A stretch of 56,306 nt of DNA, from the NCBI GenBank assembly GCA_016203115.1, contig JACQNJ010000022.1:1-56306 (forward strand). The letters are read 5' to 3'. Position 1 is the first letter of the stretch, and each line of letters starts with the position of its first letter. Shown piece after piece: positions 1 to 8,025 of the stretch. The translations under genes were made by a program, and so were the position numbers. The DNA is from Candidatus Woesearchaeota archaeon (GTDB lineage Archaea > Nanobdellota > Nanobdellia > SCGC-AAA011-G17 > GW2011-AR20). The notes under the pieces are model-generated. The model did no database searches, had not been told where the DNA came from, and saw nothing but the letters and a program-made list of their open reading frames with translations.

Positions 1-108
1 TAATAGTATTTAAGATTTTCTGTACTGTGGAAATAAAAAATCTGAGATGTTATTGGTGTTAGAAATAAACAAAAAACGAGATATATAGGATTATACTTTA
101 AACTTTTT

Positions 109-261
109 ATGAAAAAAAGAGATTTGGTGGTTTTTAGTTTACTTGTTGTTTCAATGTTTATAATTGCTGGTTGCAAAGAAGGTGCTGTCGGTAAACCTAA
201 GTCTTCTCAGCAAAAATGTCTACAGGGTAATACTAACTGTGTTGATCCTGACTGCAGGTAG
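109..261 (+). CDS. small secreted / lipoprotein-like Cys-rich protein (50 aa; below ORF-track cutoff)
   Basis: Own translation: MKKRDLVVFSLLVVSMFIIAGCKEGAVGKPKSSQQKCLQGNTNCVDPDCR*. The signal peptide plus IAGC lipobox-like motif is shared with ORFs 34605..35108 and 50830..51291. TATA-like gagatatata lies ~25 nt upstream of the ATG. Confidence 0.45.
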   Translation: MKKRDLVVFSLLVVSMFIIAGCKEGAVGKPKSSQQKCLQGNTNCVDPDCR

Positions 262-348
262 TATGATGCAACCCAACAATGTAGTAAGAAATAGTTTGAT
301 ATATAACCATTTAACAATCTTTAAAAGAGTTCTTTTTATTATTTTTTT

Positions 349-1497
349 ATGAAAATTGCACATATCAATATGTTTTACTTACCTACCTTTGGTGGAGTAG
401 AACAAGTTATGTATGAACTAGCTAAAAGGCAAGTTAATGATGGGCATGAGGTGCATGTTTTCTGCTGTGATTCTGACAAGTATAAGAGATTAAAGGTTAA
501 AGAAGAAACAATTGAAGGTGTGCATGTGCATAGATATCCTTACTGGTTTAGATTGTCTTTATCAACATTTATCTGGCCTTCTTTGCTGTGGAAATTGCCT
601 AAATATAATTTCGATATAATTCATAGCCATGTTTCTGGGCACGCTTACATACTGATAGCTGGAATTGTTGCTAGGAAAAAGAATACAATTCATGTACATA
701 CAACCCATTGTCCTTGGACGGATGCTTTTAGACCCTGGAAAGTTAAGATTCCTTTGTTTTTTGCAAATTTGTTTTTTAATAGGTTGGCATTTAAGTATAC
801 TACCAAGATAGTCGCAATTACACCCTGGGAGCTTGATATTTTGAAAAAATGGACTTTAGATAAAAAGATTATAGTCATAACTAATGGGACAGATGAAATT
901 TTGTTTAGAAAGGTTAGAATTAATAATTTTAAAAAAAATAATAAGATTAAAGGAAAATTAGTTTTGTTTTTTGGAAGATTAAATTATACAAAAGGACCTG
1001 AGAAATTAGCACAAGCTGCTGTTGAGATTTCTAAAGAGAGGAAGAAGGTGAACTTTGCCTGGATTGGGCCTGATGAAGGTGCTGCTGATGAGGTAAAAAG
1101 AATTATTGAAGGACATAAAAATATGATGTATTTAGGACCGATAAGAGGGAAAGATAAAATTGCTGAGATGTATCAAGCTGCGGATGTTTATGTATTACCT
1201 AGTTATAGAGAAGGGATGCCTTTGACACTTTTTGAGGCTTATGCTTCTGGGTTGCCTGTAATTGCTTCTCCTGTGAATGGAATTTCCTATGAGATGGAAG
1301 AGGGAGTAAATGGGTATTTTGTGGATTATGGGGATATTGAGAATTTGAAGAAAAGAATTTTAGAGGTTTTAGATAATAAAAAATTAGCTTTGAAATTTGG
1401 CAAAAATAATATAAAAAAAGCTAAAAGTTATTCTTGGGGTATAATCTATAAAAGATATATGGATTTGTATAATGAGCTTTTGAAAAAAAAGAGCTAA
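349..1497 (+). CDS. GT4-family (GT-B fold) glycosyltransferase
   Basis: 382-aa ORF. C-terminal region REGMPLTLFEAYASGLPVIASPVNG is typical of GT4/GT1 enzymes. TATA-like ctttaaaag lies ~27 nt upstream. Confidence 0.85.
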   Translation: MKIAHINMFYLPTFGGVEQVMYELAKRQVNDGHEVHVFCCDSDKYKRLKVKEETIEGVHVHRYPYWFRLSLSTFIWPSLLWKLPKYNFDIIHSHVSGHAYILIAGIVARKKNTIHVHTTHCPWTDAFRPWKVKIPLFFANLFFNRLAFKYTTKIVAITPWELDILKKWTLDKKIIVITNGTDEILFRKVRINNFKKNNKIKGKLVLFFGRLNYTKGPEKLAQAAVEISKERKKVNFAWIGPDEGAADEVKRIIEGHKNMMYLGPIRGKDKIAEMYQAADVYVLPSYREGMPLTLFEAYASGLPVIASPVNGISYEMEEGVNGYFVDYGDIENLKKRILEVLDNKKLALKFGKNNIKKAKSYSWGIIYKRYMDLYNELLKKKS

Positions 1498-1521
1498 AAG
1501 AAAAGGTATATTAGATATTTA

Positions 1522-2235
1522 TTATTGCTTGTAAAAAGTAGAGTCTTCTACTCCTGCCCAATAAAATCCTTTTTTTCTTAGCATGCAGCTTAAACATTTC
1601 CCACAGTGCATTAAACTGTTATTTTGAAACCTGTTGCCTATATAGCAACTATAAGTTAATCCAAAAGGGACTTTCAATTCCTGGCCTAGCTTTATTACTT
1701 CTGTCTTGTCCATCTTGATTAGAGGAGCTAAAATTTTGAATTCCCCTTTGTCTGTTGATTCTTTTGCAAGATCATTTACTTTTCTTATGAATTTTTCTGT
1801 TGTGTCTTTCATGTGAACCCTACCTTCATTAATTAAACCTATAACAACATCTTGGTTTTCATTTGTTTTGATGAACTCACTTTCTGCATATGCCAGTGCA
1901 TTTATTAGGAATACTGCATTTCTGCAAGGAACCCACCATGGAGTTATATCTTTATGTTCATCTTCTAGGTCTTTTTCTGTTGTTTCCTGGAAGTTTTTTT
2001 CTTGATTGATAACTGAGGCACTAATATCGCCTAACCAGCTTAGTTCAATCTTTTTGAATTCAGCGTTTAGCTTTCTTGCATTTTCTCTACAGCAGAATTC
2101 TTCTTCTTTGAGAGCTCTTTGCCCGTAATCAAATAATAAGAATTTTATGGTATCATACTCTAGCCTACCTTTTAGGTAGTAAGAGGCTACGGTGCTGTCT
2201 ATGCCCCCGCTCATTATTACTACTGCGTTTTTCAT
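1522..2235 (-). CDS. queC: QueC-like PP-loop ATPase (7-cyano-7-deazaguanine synthase family)
   Basis: Track ORF 1522..2424 trimmed to the internal ATG at 2235. MKNAVVIMSGGIDST is a PP-loop (SGGxDS). DYGQR and VPCRN motifs are present, with a C-terminal SCY...CGKCLSC zinc-type Cys cluster. The central 'GYPDC' region is divergent. Confidence 0.7.
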   Translation of the reverse strand: MKNAVVIMSGGIDSTVASYYLKGRLEYDTIKFLLFDYGQRALKEEEFCCRENARKLNAEFKKIELSWLGDISASVINQEKNFQETTEKDLEDEHKDITPWWVPCRNAVFLINALAYAESEFIKTNENQDVVIGLINEGRVHMKDTTEKFIRKVNDLAKESTDKGEFKILAPLIKMDKTEVIKLGQELKVPFGLTYSCYIGNRFQNNSLMHCGKCLSCMLRKKGFYWAGVEDSTFYKQ

Positions 2236-2255
2236 AACTTTATTAATAAAAAGCC

Positions 2256-2263
2256 TTATAAAA
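2256..2263 (+). promoter_or_regulatory. TATA box (ttataaaa) ~25 nt upstream of the 2285 ATG; implies a leaderless mRNA
   Basis: The spacing from TATA centre to ATG matches several other genes here (38863, 43440, 46151, 7731). Confidence 0.45.
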
Positions 2264-2284
2264 TCTTTTTGTAAATAGAAAAAT

Positions 2285-2476
2285 ATGACTTTAGCTAAGA
2301 ATTTGAAGAATGGGGACAAGATTGTTATTAATTTAATGAATCTAACTGTTGAAAATGTAGAGGTTTCTAAGATAGCTAAGCATGGAAAAGCTAAATGCAG
2401 AATTGAGGCTTTAACCAAAAACAATGAGAAAAAGGTTTTAATTGTCTTGGCAGATGATGAAATTGCTTCTCAATAG
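2285..2476 (+). CDS. aIF5A-like protein, N-terminal (hypusine-loop) domain only, 63 aa
   Basis: VEVSKIAKHGKAKCRIEA matches the archaeal aIF5A hypusine loop S-K-x-G-K-H-G-x-A-K-x-R-I/V. The preceding LKNGDKIVIN...L.V.NVEV matches the SH3-like barrel pattern. The ORF stops where the C-terminal OB domain would begin. Confidence 0.6.
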   Translation: MTLAKNLKNGDKIVINLMNLTVENVEVSKIAKHGKAKCRIEALTKNNEKKVLIVLADDEIASQ

Positions 2477-2508
2477 GATTAATAAAATTTTCTCTTTGTA
2501 TATAGGGT

Positions 2509-3435
2509 ATGATACATATTATTATTACAGCCTGCGGAGAGCCTAATACTACTGAAAAAGCGATTAGGGCTTTTTTAGAGCAGGATATTAAAGAAGACTA
2601 TGAAATTATAGTTTCTGATCCTTTTACTGAGACTAAATGGATGATAGAAGAGAAGTTTCCAGATAATCCTAAAATAAGGTTTTTTGAGGACCCTGGAAGA
2701 GGAAAGAGTAATGCACTTAACATATTATTTAAAGAAATTTACCCTAAAGGGAAAAATGATATTTTGATTTTAAGTGATGGGGATGTTTATGTTTCAAGTA
2801 ATGCAATTAATGATATATTAAGGCAGTTTGAAAATCCAGCTATAGGGTGTGTATCTGGAAGGCCTATGTCCTTAAACCCTAGAAATGATAAATATGGATA
2901 TTGGAGCCATTTTTTAGTGGATATTGGCGCTCATGAGATTTCAAGAAGATACAGATATGAAAATGGCAAATTTATTGAAACTACTGGATATTTATTTGCA
3001 TTTAGGAACTTGATTCAGGAAATTCCTGTTGATGTAGCAGAAGATACTATCATTCCTTACTATATCTACAACTTAGGCTATATGATAGGGTATGCTGAGA
3101 ATGCTGAAGTATATGTTAAATGGCCCACTAACATGAAAGACTGGATGAAGCAAAAGAAAAGAGCTGCTGATGCTCATACAAAACTAACAGAGCATGTTAA
3201 AGACTTTCCAAAAGTAAAATCTTTTTCAGGGGAGATCCTTGCAGGATTATTATATTTGCCAAGAATATTTTCTTATCCTAAAAACTTTATTGAACTTATC
3301 TGGACACTAGAATTATTTCCTATAAGGTTTTATATGTGGGTATCTTTGTACTTTGATCTGCATTTTAAAAAGAAGGGATATAAAGACGGCTGGAGAGAGG
3401 ATTTAGAAGTTAAATCCACTAGGATATTAGATTAG
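2509..3435 (+). CDS. GT2-family (GT-A fold) glycosyltransferase
   Basis: N-terminus IIITACGEPNTTEKAIRAFLEQ, with the acidic motif ILSDGDVY. Confidence 0.8.
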   Translation: MIHIIITACGEPNTTEKAIRAFLEQDIKEDYEIIVSDPFTETKWMIEEKFPDNPKIRFFEDPGRGKSNALNILFKEIYPKGKNDILILSDGDVYVSSNAINDILRQFENPAIGCVSGRPMSLNPRNDKYGYWSHFLVDIGAHEISRRYRYENGKFIETTGYLFAFRNLIQEIPVDVAEDTIIPYYIYNLGYMIGYAENAEVYVKWPTNMKDWMKQKKRAADAHTKLTEHVKDFPKVKSFSGEILAGLLYLPRIFSYPKNFIELIWTLELFPIRFYMWVSLYFDLHFKKKGYKDGWREDLEVKSTRILD

Positions 3436-3858
3436 TTTTAACTTCTTAAACCAATAACCCCAAACTGGCTCAATTTTTAATTTCTTTATTTGCTCTTTAG
3501 TATACCAATTCATAGATTTTGTTTCTCTTTCATTTCGTTTTGGAATTCCTGAAATTTCACATTCAAACAAATACCAATGATGAACTCTTATTCCTTTGCT
3601 GCAGAAATTCCAGTTCAGCTCTTCTTCAAAAAGGAGTTTGTAGTCTTTCACTGTGAGATTAGACTCTTCTTTTACTTCCCTTATTAGTGCTTTGAACTTG
3701 TTTTCTCCTTCATCTATATGGTCTGCTATTCCTGCAAAACCGTAAGGAGGGTAAGCTCGGTCTATTAGTAGATATGTACTATCTTTTTTTATTAAAGCGC
3801 CTATAGAATAATGCATGTCTCTTTTATCTTTTGATTTGCCTAGCTTTGGTTCTGGCAT
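3427..3858 (-). CDS. Nudix hydrolase
   Basis: Nudix-box-like EGENKFKALIREVKEESNL (E-x7-REUxEE core). Confidence 0.75.
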   Translation of the reverse strand: MPEPKLGKSKDKRDMHYSIGALIKKDSTYLLIDRAYPPYGFAGIADHIDEGENKFKALIREVKEESNLTVKDYKLLFEEELNWNFCSKGIRVHHWYLFECEISGIPKRNERETKSMNWYTKEQIKKLKIEPVWGYWFKKLKLI

Positions 3859-3861
3859 TTT

Positions 3862-4269
3862 TTAATTCCTTGCTTTTTCTAATTCTTTTTTTAATTCATT
3901 CATTTCTATTAGTTTAACTGAATCATTAAAACACATTACACAAATTCTGTATTTTTTATTTAAATTTTCTTTATCTTCTACAATACCTATTATCGGCTTG
4001 TTTTTTGCGTGGGCATAACCGAGCTCCCATGCTGTTCCAGAAGAGATTCCTTGCCAATCTAACAAAGCTATCATGAAATCGCACCAGTCTATCATGTCTC
4101 TATCTTTCTTGAATATTGGCAAAGGGTCTATGCCTTCTTCATAGATTCCTGCATCTCTATGAGGCAAGAATGTTTCCATTCCTAAAGCCTTGCAAATCTT
4201 ATCTATTTCTTCTACTTTAACCCTGTCTTTAATATCCCAGAGCTTTCCTGCAATATAGACTTTTTTCAT
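3862..4269 (-). CDS. nucleoside 2-deoxyribosyltransferase-like (NDT/Rcl fold) protein
   Basis: MKKVYIAGKLW at the N-terminus and SSGTAWELGYAHAKNKPIIG match the family pattern (YxAGxxF ... D/S-xGTxxExGyAxaxxKP). Confidence 0.6.
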   Translation of the reverse strand: MKKVYIAGKLWDIKDRVKVEEIDKICKALGMETFLPHRDAGIYEEGIDPLPIFKKDRDMIDWCDFMIALLDWQGISSGTAWELGYAHAKNKPIIGIVEDKENLNKKYRICVMCFNDSVKLIEMNELKKELEKARN

Positions 4270-4320
4270 GTTTATAGGTTTAAAAGCTACTTTTAAAAGT
4301 GTTATTATTTATTAAAGAAT

Positions 4321-5424
4321 ATGACAAACAAGTGGAATCGAGATTGCAGGTCATTTAAAGGTGTTTATTCCTGCGACATAATGACTGGAGAGGATTATAG
4401 AGATTGCTCTGAGTGTGGATTTTATGATAAGATAGGTAAAAAGATTTTGATATTGAAGCTAGGAGCTATGGGAGATATTGTTAGAAGCACTACTATATTA
4501 ACTGCTTTAAAGGAAAAATATGGTGCTGATTGCCATATCACATGGATGATTGAGGATAATTCTAAAGAAATTTTGTATAATAATCCTTACGTTGACAGAA
4601 TATTGCCTTATAGTGATGAAACTGCCTTAATACTGCAACAAGAAAAATTTGATGTTTTATTGGGCTTAGAAGTTTCTCCTCCTTCTACCTTAATTGCCAA
4701 TTTAATTGATACTGAAGAAAAATACGGATTTTATTTTGATAAAGATGGCCATCCTTCTGCTTACAACAGCTCAGCAATTCCTTATCTTGAGACTGTGTTC
4801 TCCAATAAGCTAAGCAAGGAATGCAAAAAAACACACCAAGAGATGTTGTTTAATAATATTGAGTTAGATTATAAAAAACAAGAATATGTTTTAAATCTTG
4901 ATGAATATGAAAAAGAGTATGCTTTTCGTATTATTCCGAGCAAGAAAAGAGAACTTATCGGCATCAAGGTGGGTAGCGGTGGAAGATGGGAATCTAAGGC
5001 ATGGCATCCTGACTTGATTGTCGATTTTATCAAAAAAATTTCTAAAGATTATGATGTAATCCTCTTAGGAGGGCCAGGAGAAGCAAAATTATTGCCAGAA
5101 ATTGAGGAAGCTGTTAAAAAAAGAGGGCTATTTGTTTTAAAAAATGATCTTAAAAATTCTGTTAGGGAGTTTATGGCTGTGCTAGATGCTTGTGATTTTA
5201 TTGTCACTGGGGACACTTTAACCTTGCATTTAGCCATCGGGTTAAAGAAGAAAACTGTTGCCCTATTTTTTTGCACCCCCCCTTGGCAGATAGAAAATTA
5301 TCCTTTTTTAAGAAAAATAATTTCGCCTTTGCTTGATAAGTATTATATGGATGACAGGTATATTGAGGAGTTGGTTAAGTCTATTTCAACTGATGAAGTT
5401 TTAGGAGCTGTTAAGTCATTATGA
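4321..5424 (+). CDS. GT9-family glycosyltransferase (heptosyltransferase-like) with Cys-rich N-terminal extension
   Basis: KILILKLGAMGDIVRSTTIL, GGPGE and VTGDTLTLHLAIGLKKKTVALF are GT9 hallmarks. The first ~35 aa carry C9, C18 and C29-x2-C32. Confidence 0.8.
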   Translation: MTNKWNRDCRSFKGVYSCDIMTGEDYRDCSECGFYDKIGKKILILKLGAMGDIVRSTTILTALKEKYGADCHITWMIEDNSKEILYNNPYVDRILPYSDETALILQQEKFDVLLGLEVSPPSTLIANLIDTEEKYGFYFDKDGHPSAYNSSAIPYLETVFSNKLSKECKKTHQEMLFNNIELDYKKQEYVLNLDEYEKEYAFRIIPSKKRELIGIKVGSGGRWESKAWHPDLIVDFIKKISKDYDVILLGGPGEAKLLPEIEEAVKKRGLFVLKNDLKNSVREFMAVLDACDFIVTGDTLTLHLAIGLKKKTVALFFCTPPWQIENYPFLRKIISPLLDKYYMDDRYIEELVKSISTDEVLGAVKSL

Positions 5425-5819
5425 TAAAAGTTGTTACTGCATTGATATTAAACCCCGAGAACAATAAGTTTCTTATTGTCAAGAGGAAACATTCTGAAAG
5501 CATTCATTCTTCTTTATGGGCTTTTCCTGGCGGCAGAGTAGAGAAAGATGAGGATATTATTGAAGCATTAAAAAGGGAGGTTAAGGAAGAGACAAATTTA
5601 GATGTTAAAAATGATTTTAAGCAACTTTCTGGATTTGAGTATGTGAGGCCTGATAAGGAGATCACTGTTGGATTTTGCTTTAGCTGCACATCTTTAAATA
5701 GGGATGTCATTATTTCTGATGAATTAGATGATTTTAAATGGATAAAACCAGGGGAATTTTTAAATTATAAGCACATCCCCGGGTTGGAGAAAGAAGTGAA
5801 AAAAGCATTTTCTGGTTAA
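5421..5819 (+). CDS. Nudix hydrolase
   Basis: Near-canonical Nudix box GGRVEKDEDIIEALKREVKEETNL. ATGA overlap with the GT9 gene. Confidence 0.85.
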   Translation: MIKVVTALILNPENNKFLIVKRKHSESIHSSLWAFPGGRVEKDEDIIEALKREVKEETNLDVKNDFKQLSGFEYVRPDKEITVGFCFSCTSLNRDVIISDELDDFKWIKPGEFLNYKHIPGLEKEVKKAFSG

Positions 5820-5850
5820 TTTTAAATAGATTTCCTATAGAAATATCTTT

Positions 5851-7170
5851 ATGAACTTCTCAGATGTGCTGGAAAGATTTACAGGAAAAAAGATCTTGGT
5901 AGTTGGAGATTTAATGCTAGACAAGCATATCCATGGATATGTTTCAAGAATTTCCCCAGAAGCTCCTGTTCCTGTTCTAAAGGCTGAGAAAGAAACTTTT
6001 AATCCTGGCGGAGCAGCTAATGTAGCAAGCAACTTAGTAACATTGGGCGCTAAAGTATACTTATCTGGAGTAGTTGGAGAGGATGATGCTCAAAAAGTAT
6101 TGTTTAATGAATTTAAAAGACTGAATATTGAGACTAGCTGTATAATAAAAAGTTCCAAACCAACGATACAAAAAGTTAGGGGGATCTCAAAACAGCATAT
6201 ATTCAGGATTGACTATGAAGATTCTTCTAAAATTAATGAAAATGAAGAAAATAGATTAATTAGTTTAATAAAAGAAAAGATTTCAGAAGTTGATGCTGTA
6301 ATACTAAGTGACTATGCTAAAGGTACATTGACTGAGAATCTTGTAAAAAAAATAATTTCTTTAGCTAAAGATAATAAGAAAGTTGTAACTGCAGACTGCA
6401 AACCGATAAATATTGGATTTTATAAGAATGTTAATTTATTGAAACCGAATAAAAAAGAAGCAGTAGAGATGACGTTAAAAGATAATGTTGAAGAAGCAGG
6501 AAAAAAATTACTTGAAATGACTCAATCGAATATATTGATAACTAGAGGTAGTGAGGGAATGAGCTTGTTTTTTGACAAGAAGATATTTAATATCCCTTCT
6601 AAAGCAAAACAAGTATATGATGTTTCTGGTGCTGGAGACACAGTTTTAGCCACCTTAACCTTGGCATTGGTAGCTGGTGCAAACCTAAAAGATGCTTCTG
6701 AATTAGCAAATAAAGCAGCTGCAATAGTAATTGAAAAACCAGGTGTTGTCCCGATTTATTTAGATGATTTAAAGAAGGAACATTCAAGCAATATCAAAGT
6801 TGTAGAGAAGGTATGGGGGGAAGAAGAATGGCTGGTTAATACAGATAAATATTGCGGAAAAAGAATGCTCATAAGAAAAAACTATTATTGTTCATATCAT
6901 AAACATAAGATTAAGGAAGAAACATTTTATGTGCTTAATGGAGAATTAGAAATTATAAAAGGAAAAATTTACTATGTTGTTAAGAAAGGGGAAACTTTCC
7001 ATATTAAACCAGAGGAATATCACAGTTTTAGAGCTTTAGAAGATACAACTTTTTTTGAATTTTCAACACATCACTCAGATGAGGATAATTACAGATTAAC
7101 TAAAAGTGGTAATGGAGAGCATGAGCAATGGAAAAAGGAAATTGAGGAGGCTATTATAAAAAATGAATAG
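5851..7170 (+). CDS. D-glycero-beta-D-manno-heptose-7-phosphate kinase (HldE/RfaE domain I) fused to a C-terminal cupin (PMI type-II-like)
   Basis: KILVVGDLMLDKHIHGYVSRISPEAPVPV, GGAANVASNL and DVSGAGDTVLATLTLALVAG match the HldE kinase domain. Residues ~320-439, VEKVWGEEEWL...CSYHKHKIKEETFYVLNGELEI...EDNYRL, match the cupin pattern of ManC-type isomerase domains. Confidence 0.75.
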   Translation: MNFSDVLERFTGKKILVVGDLMLDKHIHGYVSRISPEAPVPVLKAEKETFNPGGAANVASNLVTLGAKVYLSGVVGEDDAQKVLFNEFKRLNIETSCIIKSSKPTIQKVRGISKQHIFRIDYEDSSKINENEENRLISLIKEKISEVDAVILSDYAKGTLTENLVKKIISLAKDNKKVVTADCKPINIGFYKNVNLLKPNKKEAVEMTLKDNVEEAGKKLLEMTQSNILITRGSEGMSLFFDKKIFNIPSKAKQVYDVSGAGDTVLATLTLALVAGANLKDASELANKAAAIVIEKPGVVPIYLDDLKKEHSSNIKVVEKVWGEEEWLVNTDKYCGKRMLIRKNYYCSYHKHKIKEETFYVLNGELEIIKGKIYYVVKKGETFHIKPEEYHSFRALEDTTFFEFSTHHSDEDNYRLTKSGNGEHEQWKKEIEEAIIKNE

Positions 7171-7726
7171 GGCAATTTTTTTAGACAGGGACGGCACAAT
7201 AAATGTTGATGTCGAATATGTTCATAATATAGAAGATTTAAGATTTGAAGAAGGTGCTATTGAAGGATTAAGACTATTACAAAATCTTCGTGAATATAAA
7301 CTCATTATTATTACAGGGCAATCTGGAATTGGAAGGGGGTATTATACTGAAGATGATTATCACAGGTTTATGGATGAGATGTATAGGCAATTCAGGTTAA
7401 ACGGAATTGTAATAGACGGAGAATATTTCTGCCCCCATCATCCTGAAAAAGGTAAAGGAATATACAGAATTGATTGTGAATGCAGAAAACCAAAAATAGG
7501 AATGTTAGAGCAAGCTGCCAGAGAGTTTGGAATAGATTTATCGAAAAGCTGGGTTATTGGAGATAAAACAGATGATATTGAAATGGGAAGGATAGCTGGA
7601 TGCAGAACAGTGTTAGTTAGAACTGGAAAAGGTGGAAAAGATGGTAATTTTAGTATTACTCCAAATTATACTGCAGATAATTTATTAGATGCAGCAAGAT
7701 ACATTTTTGAGAATAGCCAGAGATAG
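7163..7726 (+). CDS. gmhB: D,D-heptose 1,7-bisphosphate phosphatase (HAD-IIIA)
   Basis: FLDRDGTIN (HAD motif I), the Zn-loop CPHHP...C-E-CRKPKIGML, and GDKTDDIEMG. Confidence 0.85.
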   Translation: MNRAIFLDRDGTINVDVEYVHNIEDLRFEEGAIEGLRLLQNLREYKLIIITGQSGIGRGYYTEDDYHRFMDEMYRQFRLNGIVIDGEYFCPHHPEKGKGIYRIDCECRKPKIGMLEQAAREFGIDLSKSWVIGDKTDDIEMGRIAGCRTVLVRTGKGGKDGNFSITPNYTADNLLDAARYIFENSQR

Positions 7727-7730
7727 AAAT

Positions 7731-7762
7731 ATTTATATATGGGTACATAGTATGAGTACATA
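7731..7762 (+). promoter_or_regulatory. vapBC promoter: TATA (atttatatat) followed by a direct repeat GTACATA-N6-GTACATA overlapping the predicted start
   Basis: TATA centre is ~26 nt from the ATG at 7762. The 7-mer occurs at 7743-7749 and 7756-7762, making it a candidate antitoxin operator. Confidence 0.35.
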
Positions 7763-8025
7763 TGACAAGCATAAATATTTCAATTAAAAAGGAAGCTTAT
7801 GACTTCTTGAGCAAATTCAAAATAGAGAATAAAAGTTTTTCAGATGTTATTTTAGAATTTAAAAGAGAAAGGGGAAATAAAAATGATGTTATGAGGTTTT
7901 TTGGAGCTCTCAAGGATGCGAATATTGATTGGGAAGCAAAGGAAAAGAGAATGAAAGAGTTTAGGAACTCTTTTGAAAAAAGGATAAAAGAAACTACTGA
8001 ATATATGGAGAGATCTAGGAAATGA
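7762..8025 (+). CDS. vapB: antitoxin (VapB-type, archaeal small antitoxin)
   Basis: 87-aa ORF with a 4-nt ATGA overlap onto a PIN-domain gene. The N-terminus INISIKKEAYDFLSK..KSFSDVI resembles archaeal antitoxins paired with VapC. Confidence 0.55.
   Translation: MTSINISIKKEAYDFLSKFKIENKSFSDVILEFKRERGNKNDVMRFFGALKDANIDWEAKEKRMKEFRNSFEKRIKETTEYMERSRK

Noticed and set aside
164-352. 62-aa track ORF upstream of the GT4 gene
   Set aside because: It overlaps, out of frame, the better-supported 50-aa signal-peptide ORF (109..261) and runs through the GT4 promoter. Its composition is hydrophobic and low-complexity with no motif. Likely spurious.
2236-2424. 63-codon N-terminal extension of the QueC-like ORF
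   Set aside because: The PP-loop begins right after the internal Met at 2235. The extension overlaps the divergent aIF5A-like gene and its TATA box.
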